The notes below the pieces were generated by a model. The model made no database searches, was not told where the DNA came from, and saw nothing but the letters and a program-made list of their open reading frames with translations. A stretch of 49,824 nucleotides of DNA from a virus (taxonomy: Duplodnaviria; Caudoviricetes): the IMG/VR virus record IMGVR_UViG_3300037484_000772, positions 1-49,824 of that record, one strand, 5' to 3'. A program made the position numbers and the translations under genes. Below, piece after piece: positions 41,010 through 49,316 of the stretch (its first letter is position 1; the number at the start of each line of letters is the position of its first letter).

Positions 41010-43795
41010 CCAGGAAATCCCCCGCCGCACGTGCGGCTAAGAAAATCGCAGCAGAGCTTGAAGAGTCAGATCGCGCCGAGTTCGACGAATTCCCGGCGGA
41101 TATGGACTCCGCCGACGAGTCGCCCGCCCAGGCACTTATCATCACCCCGTCCGCGTTCGATTACACGACGCTCGGCGAACACGCGGGCTTCGTTCAGACC
41201 CGCGCAGCCGTGATCAAGGGTCTGCTGCGCAACACCGCCCGTAACATCATTGACGCGGGCAAAGCGCTGCAAGCGGTCAAAGAGCGCCTGGAACACGGCC
41301 AGTTCTCCGAGTGGATTGAAACCGAGTTCGGCTGGTCCATTCGCTCGGCGGAGCGCTACATGGCCGTCGCCGCCAAATACGACAGCGTGTCGTATTTGGA
41401 GCGTTTCAACGTGACGGCGCTCTACCAGTTGGCGTCTCCCTCCATGCCGGACGAGGTTGAAGAAGCGATCATGGATCGCGCCGCCGCCGGGGAAGACATC
41501 ACGCCAAAGCTCGTCCAGGCGGTCAAGGCGCAGGCGCAACCCCCCGCCGTCACCGACGCGGATCGCGCCCTCATCCTGGAGCTGCTCGACGGCGGCCCGA
41601 TGCACCGCAACCTGGTCGAGCAGTTGGCCCGCAAGCAGGATATGGACGCCCGTGTGCTGGCCGCCACGCTGCAAGACCTGCTGCGCGCGGGCAAAATCAT
41701 CCTGGATTCCGACAACCGCTACTGTCTGCCGGAACTGCCGGAAACGACCCGCCAGGCCGAAGACGGCAGGGCGATCCTGGCGATCCTCCGCGCCAAAACG
41801 GAGAGCGCGGATTCCTTCCGCGTGCAGGAGCAGGCCGAGCTATCGCAGGATCGTTTCCTGCGCGCGCTGGAACTGCTCGTCGCCACGCACCAGGTCGTGC
41901 GTGAGAAAAAGGATAGAGGCTTCATGCTGTCCCTCGCGCCCGATCAACCCGATCAGGCGGTGGTCCTCGCCGAACTCAACGCGAAGTTTGATCACGACGC
42001 GATCACCGTCCTGGGCCGCTCGGATCAAGGTGCGGGCCATCGCGCCATTGAAGTGGCGCGCAAGCTGGTCGCGGCGGGCCTGTGGGACGGCCATACCCGG
42101 ATTGAGTTCGACGCCTACGCCCTGCACGATAAGTTGTTCAGCGCGAACCGCGCGGAGCCGTCCGCGCTGATCCCCGGCCTGGATTTCGCCATCAGCCTCC
42201 CCGCCGTCGGTGCGGGGAAACTCGAACAGGAATGTGACCGAATCCTGACTTTGCTAGGAAGTGGACGTGTTCGATTTGGCGAGCTGCGAGAGCGGTCAGG
42301 ATTGTCAGACCCTCGCTTTTACTCAGCGCACCATCGTCTATTAAATCAGGGAACGATCAGAGCGACTCATGAAGATGGCACGGTATGGGTCGAGGCCGTC
42401 GGCGCACCGTCTGCCGACTCCGACGATCCCGCCGCGCTGATCCTGGCCGCGCTGCACCGCCTGGACCTGGACGAGCCGCCCTTTGTCTCGCAGATCAATA
42501 ACGAAATCGAGACCCTCTCAGGTCGCCGCCTTCATCCCGTCGCCCTCGGTGACGTGCTGGCCGAACTGCGTGACGCCGGGGAAATCGTCGAAATAGCACC
42601 GGGCACGCCGGGCGGCTTCCCGCGCTACGCGCTGGCTGAAAAAGCCGCCGTCCCGTTCAAGGTGGATGTCTCTGCTGATCAAGCCGCTGAACCCGCCCAG
42701 GCCGCGCGCCAGAGTATCTTCGCGCCGCGCACCGCCAACGACGACATCTTGTTTGTGTTGTCCTATCCCGCCGAGCAGATGAAATACTTTATAGCCAACT
42801 GGCCGCTTGAGAAACTGCAAAAGGCGCTGCAAATGGAAGCGGACAACAAGAATCGCAAAGCCACGCTCAAGGTTATCGAGCGCGCCATCGCCGCCCTGTC
42901 CGAGCCAGAACCAAGCGGCGAATCCACCTCAGCGCCCCTGCCCGGTGACGACTTCGGCGATCTGCCGATCCGTCAGCGTGAAATGCTGCTGGCGATCTGG
43001 CACGGGCAGCCCGTCGCCAAAAACGCCGCGACGCGCCTGGCGCTGATCGAGCGCGGTCTGCTCTACCCGACTCACTCTTGGACTAACCTCAAGCTGACCC
43101 TGAAGGGCAGCGCCCTGCTCGGCGCGCCCGTCGAGGATGAAGTCTACGAGGTGCAGGATAAAGGCCACACCTTCCAGGCGGTCAAATCCGGCAATATCGT
43201 CACCTACACCATCCTCGCGCCGCTCCCGCCCGATTACGAGCAGCTTCGCACGCGCTATCAGGGCGGCCCGGCGCGCTGCGTGCAGTGCGGCGCGGAACAC
43301 GCCGACTGGACCTTCGAGCAAAAGCAGTTCCCCGGCTACTCCGGCACACGTTGGGTCTGCGCGCCGTGCGGCATCAGCACCGCCGATGACGATATGCAGC
43401 CCGTCGCCGCGCCCGCCCCGGTCACCGCCGACGGCGAATCAGTGCCCGGCGAACCGGAGCCATCGCCCGCTGCTGACTCCGCTGAGCTACCCGTTACCCC
43501 GTCGCAGCACCGCGCGTTTATCAATGCCCTGTTTGACCTGGCGAGCGGCGTCACCGCGATCAATTCCCTGGTTTACGTGCCGGATCGCCTGCGGCTCGAC
43601 ACCGCAGAGATCGCCGCTTCGCGTTCGGCTATTCAGATCGTGAAAGAGCGCATCGCCGACCTGGGCATTTATCTGGCCGAAGTAGATCGCACCATGGCCG
43701 CGCTGACAGAATCACTTCACGAATCGTCCGAGGCCTCGGCCTACACCCAAACCCAACAGGCGCTTGAAAAAGAAGCCGAGCGCACCGGGGTCTAA
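41006..43795 (+). CDS. Large DUF3102-domain DNA-binding protein with several wHTH-like modules and a Zn ribbon
   Basis: IIDAGKALQAVKERLEHGQFSEWIETEFGWSIRSAERYM (DUF3102); repeated 'ILELL...L..L...G.I' modules; CVQC...CAPC. Confidence 0.75.
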   Translation: MTRKSPAARAAKKIAAELEESDRAEFDEFPADMDSADESPAQALIITPSAFDYTTLGEHAGFVQTRAAVIKGLLRNTARNIIDAGKALQAVKERLEHGQFSEWIETEFGWSIRSAERYMAVAAKYDSVSYLERFNVTALYQLASPSMPDEVEEAIMDRAAAGEDITPKLVQAVKAQAQPPAVTDADRALILELLDGGPMHRNLVEQLARKQDMDARVLAATLQDLLRAGKIILDSDNRYCLPELPETTRQAEDGRAILAILRAKTESADSFRVQEQAELSQDRFLRALELLVATHQVVREKKDRGFMLSLAPDQPDQAVVLAELNAKFDHDAITVLGRSDQGAGHRAIEVARKLVAAGLWDGHTRIEFDAYALHDKLFSANRAEPSALIPGLDFAISLPAVGAGKLEQECDRILTLLGSGRVRFGELRERSGLSDPRFYSAHHRLLNQGTIRATHEDGTVWVEAVGAPSADSDDPAALILAALHRLDLDEPPFVSQINNEIETLSGRRLHPVALGDVLAELRDAGEIVEIAPGTPGGFPRYALAEKAAVPFKVDVSADQAAEPAQAARQSIFAPRTANDDILFVLSYPAEQMKYFIANWPLEKLQKALQMEADNKNRKATLKVIERAIAALSEPEPSGESTSAPLPGDDFGDLPIRQREMLLAIWHGQPVAKNAATRLALIERGLLYPTHSWTNLKLTLKGSALLGAPVEDEVYEVQDKGHTFQAVKSGNIVTYTILAPLPPDYEQLRTRYQGGPARCVQCGAEHADWTFEQKQFPGYSGTRWVCAPCGISTADDDMQPVAAPAPVTADGESVPGEPEPSPAADSAELPVTPSQHRAFINALFDLASGVTAINSLVYVPDRLRLDTAEIAASRSAIQIVKERIADLGIYLAEVDRTMAALTESLHESSEASAYTQTQQALEKEAERTGV
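41375..41397. repeat. Dispersed palindrome copy 4 (AAATACGACA-GCG-TGTCGTATTT; arms extend to 12 bp)
   Basis: Read directly; encodes KYDSVSYL right after the DUF3102 HTH; exact reverse complement of copy 1. Confidence 0.9.
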
Positions 43796-43823
43796 CCCAC
43801 CCCCTATAAAAGGAGAACTGTCT

Positions 43824-44280
43824 ATGCCACGCGGAGTGTATGACCGCAGCAAAATGAAGAAAAACCCGCCGTCATCCAACGGCAGCCGCACCCTCGCCGC
43901 TGCCCAGGACTACGAAGTGCTGCCCGCGCCGGACCCCGACGAACCGGTAGCGGCAGCCGCTATGCCCGCCTGGAGCCGTATATTCGAGATCGACGCGGGC
44001 GACATGCCGTTCGAGCACCCGCTGTTCCCGCTGTTCCGCGAACTGCGGCTGCGGCTCGAACATACCCCCCCCCTGCATGGCGCTGGTGGTCGTGATCAAA
44101 GACGCGGCGCGCCTGGAACCCACGCTGCGCGATCTGCGCGATCTGTTTGCCGGGCGCATCAGCCCGAAGGCCGTCGAACTGGTCGCGGAGATCACGCCCG
44201 ACGGCGAAGCGCTGCTGTATATCCGGCGCGGCCCCGGCTGGAAACAGCGGCGCGGGAATGGCGCGGATGACGATGATTAA
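43824..44280 (+). pseudogene. Hypothetical gene interrupted by a C9 homopolymer frameshift
   Basis: AAGGAG RBS with ATG 43824; C8 instead of C9 at 44065-44073 would join ...LEHTPP to CMALVVVIKD... (ORF 44077-44280). Confidence 0.6.
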
Positions 44281-44584
44281 AATCCGCTTCACCTGGCCCC
44301 TGCTGATCGCCCTGCTGGTCGCGCTGATCATCTACCTGCTGCGCGCCCACCCGTCACCGCAGCCGAAGCCGAAAGCGCGCCGCCGTCCCTTTGTCATTGA
44401 TCGGGACCGCAACGGCCACCACGTCACCGGCGACGACTTCGCCGCCGAGACCCAACGCTTAGATCGGGACGCCGCCGAGTCTGCCCAAACCGTTTACGAA
44501 TCCGCCCGCGCATCGGGCGATGAAACCCTAGAGAGGATGCAACAACGCCATGCCCAACGAACCGCGCGCCGCGCTCGCGGCTGA
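44267..44584 (+). CDS. Small single-TM membrane protein
   Basis: WPLLIALLVALIIYLL transmembrane segment; start uncertain (44267 or 44273). Confidence 0.55.
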   Translation: MTMIKIRFTWPLLIALLVALIIYLLRAHPSPQPKPKARRRPFVIDRDRNGHHVTGDDFAAETQRLDRDAAESAQTVYESARASGDETLERMQQRHAQRTARRARG

Positions 44585-45155
44585 TCAAGACATCGAATCT
44601 CGCCTGACCGTTGTTCAGCAGGCGGTCAACGACCTGGTGGATACCGAGTTCATCGTCGAGGACATTGAAAACGAACTGGACATCCTGGCCGAAGAGGATG
44701 CCGATCCCGAAGCGCTCGGCGCGATCCACAGCCATGCCGTCACTCTGCTGGACGCCCAGACGCGCCTGAACGCCGCCTTCCAGACCGCGCTGGAACTCGC
44801 CGCCGCGCTCAAGAGTCAGCGCGAGTCGGCGCGCCAATCCCTGGTCGAACTTAAAGCCGCCATCGCCAACATCGATACCGACGTGCCGGAGATTAACGAC
44901 CTGTGGCTGTCTGCCGAAGAGAGCGCCTCTGAATGGCTGATGTATTCGCTGTACGATGAATGGGAAACTGTTGTGGAGCAGTTGATCAACACGACCCCGC
45001 TCGAAGAGGATGAAGCCAGCAAGCTGATCGGCGTCCTGACCGATGAGTTCGACCCGGAGCACTACCTGTGGGACGAGCTGCGCGACTGGATACGCCGTAT
45101 GGACGAGACGATCCGCACGGGCATTACGCCGCCCATCGGCGTTGATACCGACTGA
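44550..45155 (+). CDS. Hypothetical acidic helical protein
   Basis: ORF with a GAGG RBS candidate; very Asp/Glu-rich. Confidence 0.65.
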   Translation: MPNEPRAALAADQDIESRLTVVQQAVNDLVDTEFIVEDIENELDILAEEDADPEALGAIHSHAVTLLDAQTRLNAAFQTALELAAALKSQRESARQSLVELKAAIANIDTDVPEINDLWLSAEESASEWLMYSLYDEWETVVEQLINTTPLEEDEASKLIGVLTDEFDPEHYLWDELRDWIRRMDETIRTGITPPIGVDTD

Positions 45156-45249
45156 CCCTGCTGGCATCAGCCAGTAGCCCTGTCCTCGGTGGAGGGGGGT
45201 TTCCCCGCAAGAGAGCCGCCCCTCCACCTGACCCCATAGAGGTAGATAC

Positions 45250-45495
45250 ATGATATATCCTGTAATCCCTTCTGACAAGAAGGTGATCATCCTGGTTGAC
45301 TATAAAGGGGTGCGGGTTGCCCGCTACATCGAATATGCGCCGTTTATGTTCGAGGTGCAGCTGGCCGATAACTGGCAAGCGCTCGAACCCGCCGCCCTCG
45401 CCGCCGTCACCGCGCAGATCGGCGCGATCTCCGGGCCGGATATTTACCCCTGCCCGGACGACCTCGCGGCGCTGGCCGTCTGGCCGGGCGAATAA
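45250..45495 (+). CDS. Hypothetical protein
   Basis: GAGGT RBS; followed by a terminator. Confidence 0.6.
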   Translation: MIYPVIPSDKKVIILVDYKGVRVARYIEYAPFMFEVQLADNWQALEPAALAAVTAQIGAISGPDIYPCPDDLAALAVWPGE

Positions 45496-45523
45496 ACAAA
45501 GCCCGGTCACACTTTATTCCCCG

Positions 45524-45548
45524 ATCCCCGCCGCGTGCGGGGATTTTT
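45524..45548 (+). terminator. Intrinsic terminator
   Basis: ATCCCCGC-CGCGT-GCGGGGAT-TTTT. Confidence 0.7.
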
Positions 45549-45685
45549 GCTTCCCCTGGGGTTGTTACATTCCGCTCACAAATGACCGGCTCATCCGCTC
45601 CTCACTTCTGCCGCCACCTGCCGTATCATGTAATCACGATACGAGAGGGGCAGCACGCCCCCACAGACTAAAGGAGCATAGCACG

Positions 45686-45895
45686 ATGAATAACAACGAC
45701 CTACGCCGCGAAATTTTTGAGTATCTGGATGCCCTGCGCGAGTCGGGTGTCACCAACATGTTTGGGGCGACGCCCTACCTGATGGAGGAGTTTGGCTTTG
45801 ACCGCCGCGACGCGCAAGCCTGGCTGCTCGAATGGATGCGGACCTTCGGCGAGCGCCACCCGCGCCTGGATCGTACCGAGGACGACCAACAATAG
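45686..45895 (+). CDS. Small conserved phage protein (DUF5049-like)
   Basis: AAGGAG RBS; LDALRESGVTNMFGA.PYL motif. Confidence 0.7.
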   Translation: MNNNDLRREIFEYLDALRESGVTNMFGATPYLMEEFGFDRRDAQAWLLEWMRTFGERHPRLDRTEDDQQ

Positions 45896-45971
45896 AAACG
45901 CCGCCCCTGCGGACGGCGCTACCGGGTGGGGCTGGATGGCAGCCCCACCTTAATCAGAAAGGATACACGAA

Positions 45972-46403
45972 ATGACGACCTACGCCAAACTCACCAAAAA
46001 ACAAGTGCTCAACCTGCTCAGTGTCGCCGGGATCACATATACCCGTCTGACCGTGCGCCCAGATCGGACCTGGACGCTGTACGGTTTAGACGACGTGGCG
46101 CTCGGCAAGCTGCGCCAGCGCACCAATACCACCGTGATCGATCAGCAGCGCACGGAAGAGAATGGGCAGCCGCGCTATACCATCAGGTTTGCGTTTTCGA
46201 GCGATCCCCTGCTCAAAACGCGCCACGACGAGTATATCCAGGCCGCGCGCCAGTTGCTCTACGCCCTACAAGCGCGCATCGAAGAAGATGCCGTGCAGAC
46301 GGATTACAACTGGGGGCACGTCGGCGCACTAACTGACGTGGTGGACAAGCTGCGCGAACTCGGCCCGTACTGGGTCGGCGATCTCGCTGACGAAACCGAC
46401 TAA
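45972..46403 (+). CDS. Hypothetical protein
   Basis: AAGGA RBS; NWGHVG motif. Confidence 0.65.
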   Translation: MTTYAKLTKKQVLNLLSVAGITYTRLTVRPDRTWTLYGLDDVALGKLRQRTNTTVIDQQRTEENGQPRYTIRFAFSSDPLLKTRHDEYIQAARQLLYALQARIEEDAVQTDYNWGHVGALTDVVDKLRELGPYWVGDLADETD

Positions 46404-46452
46404 CCGAATAGACCGGGGCGGGTTCGCGCCCGCCCCAAAGGAGAAAAGCACG

Positions 46453-46689
46453 ATGGCACGCTCGAACACGATCCGCAAGTATTATGACCTTAGCACTGCC
46501 CAGGACGCCCAACTGGACGCGATGATTGCCCGCTACAAGGCCGAAGTGGGGAAAGTCCTGGGCCTGGACATCACGATCAGCCAGGCTGAGTTTATCCGCG
46601 CCCTGCTGCGAAAACACGCGCAGGACACCGGGCAGACCTGGACCGATGACTACCCGACACCGGGGGGACGGCGAAAGCGCGGACTGTAA
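46453..46689 (+). CDS. RHH-like DNA-binding protein
   Basis: AAGGAG RBS; ISQAEFIRALL helix; C-terminal W....TPGGRR. Confidence 0.65.
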   Translation: MARSNTIRKYYDLSTAQDAQLDAMIARYKAEVGKVLGLDITISQAEFIRALLRKHAQDTGQTWTDDYPTPGGRRKRGL

Positions 46690-46709
46690 ATATTTCTAGT
46701 GGAAACACG

Positions 46710-46733
46710 AAGCCCCTCACGCGAGGGGCTTTT
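46710..46733 (+). terminator. Intrinsic terminator
   Basis: AAGCCCCTC-ACGC-GAGGGGCTT-TT. Confidence 0.75.
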
Positions 46734-46773
46734 CATTCCGGCAACCCCCTAGTTTTTAGGGGGTATTTGGGTA

Positions 46774-46802
46774 TTGACACAAGTTGCAACTTGATATATA
46801 AT
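46774..46802 (+). promoter_or_regulatory. Consensus sigma70 promoter TTGACA-17-TATAAT with palindrome CAAGTTGCAACTTG in the spacer
   Basis: Read directly; palindrome at 46780-46793. Confidence 0.9.
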
Positions 46803-46842
46803 TTAAGTATCAAACGAGAACAAAACAGCAAGGAGCAGGGAA

Positions 46843-47256
46843 ATGGAAAAGCGACAAATCAAGACGGACGGCGGAACGCCAGAAGTAACAGCCAATGTGT
46901 GGGAAAAGTACGGCAAGAAAATCGTCTACTTTAACGATGCGAACGGCAAAAGACTAGCAAGCTGGGACGTGCAAGCGCAGACTTGGAAAGAACAATTTGG
47001 CCCAATGGCTCATCGCCCCGGCGCGCTGCTGCCCGCGCTGACCGAAACCTTCTCCGACCTGATGGAAATCCCCCAGGCGGAAGCTGCGAAAGTGGAAGAA
47101 AAAGTGACAGTTGAAGAAAAACCCTTCATGCCCTGGTTGGGCGAAAACAATTCAATCGCCCGCCCTCAGTGGAATAAAGCCAGCGCGCAAGACGCGACTC
47201 AATGGCTCAAGCAAGGCTGGATGAAAGACGGGAACGGGGGGATCATCATTTTCTAA
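46843..47256 (+). CDS. Hypothetical protein (moron-like cassette)
   Basis: AAGGAG RBS; own promoter; lower GC; WEKYGKKIVYFN motif. Confidence 0.7.
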   Translation: MEKRQIKTDGGTPEVTANVWEKYGKKIVYFNDANGKRLASWDVQAQTWKEQFGPMAHRPGALLPALTETFSDLMEIPQAEAAKVEEKVTVEEKPFMPWLGENNSIARPQWNKASAQDATQWLKQGWMKDGNGGIIIF

Positions 47257-47639
47257 TGGCATCCCAAAAAACACTCAGCACGGGCGTGTCTCGCGCCCAA
47301 TTTGATGCCTTCGAGCAGGCCCGCCAGTTAGCGGGCCTGGATAGTCGTGAGGCTAAAAAACTAGCCTTCAAGCTATTTTGTGAATCAATGGCTATTCAAT
47401 GGCCTGACAATCGGAATAACTGGGGAGGAAAGAGACGCATGATACAGCATTTCCGTTTTTGGACTGCCGAAGAGGAGCCGGAGCATCCCGCGCATTCTGC
47501 GGAATATCGAGACAGCAATGGAAACACGCTGATGATCCTGGAGACTGAAGGCGAAGAGACTGTTCCGGCCAGCCAGGTCGTCAAGGATTGGCTACGGGAA
47601 ATGGGCTATGACGAACCTGGAGATTGGGAACTGGCCTGA
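47256..47639 (+). CDS. RHH-like protein in frame with a second small domain that has its own RBS
   Basis: TAATG coupling at 47254-47258; WPDNRNNWGGKRR then GGAGG RBS with ATG 47439 (MIQHFRFW). Confidence 0.55.
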   Translation: MASQKTLSTGVSRAQFDAFEQARQLAGLDSREAKKLAFKLFCESMAIQWPDNRNNWGGKRRMIQHFRFWTAEEEPEHPAHSAEYRDSNGNTLMILETEGEETVPASQVVKDWLREMGYDEPGDWELA

Positions 47640-47676
47640 AATATACCCCCCACTCCCGGAGGAGCTTTCATTTTCG

Positions 47677-47706
47677 GCCCGGCAAAACTATGACCGGGCT
47701 TTCTTT
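47677..47706 (+). terminator. Possible terminator at the convergence point
   Basis: GCCCGG-N11-CCGGGC-TTTCTTT. Confidence 0.45.
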
Positions 47707-47806
47707 ATTCCGGCAGCCGTGCCCAGCGTCGCGCCGCCAGCATCATCAGCGCCACGCCGACGGCGGACAGCAGCGCGCCCACGAACATCCCCGCCAGCAG
47801 GGTCAT
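47705..47806 (-). CDS. 33-aa single-TM peptide
   Basis: Not in the ORF track; ATGA-coupled; MTLLAGMFVGALLSAVGVALMMLAARRWARLPE. Confidence 0.55.
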   Translation of the reverse strand: MTLLAGMFVGALLSAVGVALMMLAARRWARLPE

Positions 47807-49314
47807 GAGAGCATTTCCCGCAGACATTCATGAACACTTGACCAGATACCGATTTTCCCAATATTCCACAGCGTAAAGCCGTCTACAATGCCAATCTCTA
47901 CTTTACGCCGGATGGTTTCTCGATAGATAAGCGCCTGATCGTGGCATGAAAAGATTTGCTTGTTCCCCGAATAACCATCCAAAAAACCCATTTCCGTCTC
48001 GATGAAAACCACGCCGTCGCAACTGTATCCGTAGTTGTCTCTCGCGTAATTGCAGAAAATTTCTTCCCGGCCTGCCAGAAATGGATTGTTTATCCACGAT
48101 CCCGGCAGCAGCGCCACATCGGACGGCGCAAACGCGCTCGAATGAAGCGCTACGCCGTGCTGTCTGCCGTTGGGGGCGATCCGCGTTTTCGACCATTCAA
48201 GATAGGGCCAGAGCGCGCGCCACTCATGAATATCAGGATGCCCTGGCGCGAACGAAAACGCCAGGATCGCCGCGCCGCGTTCCTGTTCGACAATCTGGGC
48301 CATCTGGATCGAGAATTCTGCCCACAGTGGAAACAGTTCAGGCGGCGGGGCACATTCGTTTTCGATCTCGATCCAGTCCGATCCCCTCGGCAACTCGGCC
48401 TGGATCATGTCCCACCATGCTTGCGGAGACGTATAGACCCACGCGGGCGGGCAGTCATGGAGATACGTTCTATAGATGGTTTTCACAGTGGGATCAAGCG
48501 CTTTTAACGCAGCACACGTTTGAAACGATCCGTTGAGGCATTTAATCAACCTGAACTTGCCAGGATACGCCAGCACGGAATCGCGCCCGCCGCCGTCCAA
48601 CACATGAAAGCCGTCTAGGAAGGTTTCAGGAAACCGCACAGCCAGGCACTCTGGGCTGTTGTCATACGCGATATAGACCTGCCCCTGGTAATACGCCGCC
48701 GACCATCCGATCCTATCATTCGCGCCGCGTATCTGCGCCCACTCGTCTGCCCCGTTGTACAGCACCGCCAGAATCCGCACGCGCTCGTTGAGCGACCAAC
48801 TGCCGATCACTGTGCCTGTTACGGGCGAATCGCGGAAGCGCAAGCCATCCGCTTTGACTGTGCCATAACAGACCTCATCCGGCGCGGGCAGTGTGGGCAG
48901 CGGCGTGGGCGGCTGTACGGTACTCTGCGGTGTGGGCGTGAGAATGGGAGCCTGTGTCGGCGTGGCAGTAAAGGTTGGTTGCGGTGTGGGTGTCACCGTC
49001 GGGCGCGGCGTATTGGTCGGAATAGGCGTCAGTGTCGGCGTGACTGTTGCCGTCGCCTGTGGTACTGCTGTCTGCGTTGGGTCCGGCGTCGGAGTAGCCA
49101 CACCCACGTTGGCGCGTATGACCTGAATAAATCCGTCTTCATATTGGATTCTCACCTCCACGATCAAGCCATGATCCACCTGCACGGCACGGTTGGGCAG
49201 CCCCGGCGCGGCGGTAACGGCATCGGAAGCCGGCGCATCCACCCGCGCGGCATTACACGCGGCCAGCAGCAGCGCGACGAGCAGAGCGCACAGCAGGATC
49301 GCGGCGCGGGTCAT
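47803..49314 (-). CDS. Lipoprotein with Pro/Thr linker, SH3b domain and clan GH-A-like glycoside hydrolase domain (candidate lysin)
   Basis: Lipobox LAAC; (PT)n linker; GLRFRDSP...EWAQIR...IGWSAA (SH3b); IEIENE and IETEMG motifs. Confidence 0.65.
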   Translation of the reverse strand: MTRAAILLCALLVALLLAACNAARVDAPASDAVTAAPGLPNRAVQVDHGLIVEVRIQYEDGFIQVIRANVGVATPTPDPTQTAVPQATATVTPTLTPIPTNTPRPTVTPTPQPTFTATPTQAPILTPTPQSTVQPPTPLPTLPAPDEVCYGTVKADGLRFRDSPVTGTVIGSWSLNERVRILAVLYNGADEWAQIRGANDRIGWSAAYYQGQVYIAYDNSPECLAVRFPETFLDGFHVLDGGGRDSVLAYPGKFRLIKCLNGSFQTCAALKALDPTVKTIYRTYLHDCPPAWVYTSPQAWWDMIQAELPRGSDWIEIENECAPPPELFPLWAEFSIQMAQIVEQERGAAILAFSFAPGHPDIHEWRALWPYLEWSKTRIAPNGRQHGVALHSSAFAPSDVALLPGSWINNPFLAGREEIFCNYARDNYGYSCDGVVFIETEMGFLDGYSGNKQIFSCHDQALIYRETIRRKVEIGIVDGFTLWNIGKIGIWSSVHECLREMLS

Positions 49315-49316
49315 GG

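Noticed and set aside
39592-46617. Minus-strand ORFs in the early region (e.g. 44424-45290, 40029-40679)
   Set aside because: These are shadows of plus-strand genes that have clear RBSs and translational coupling.
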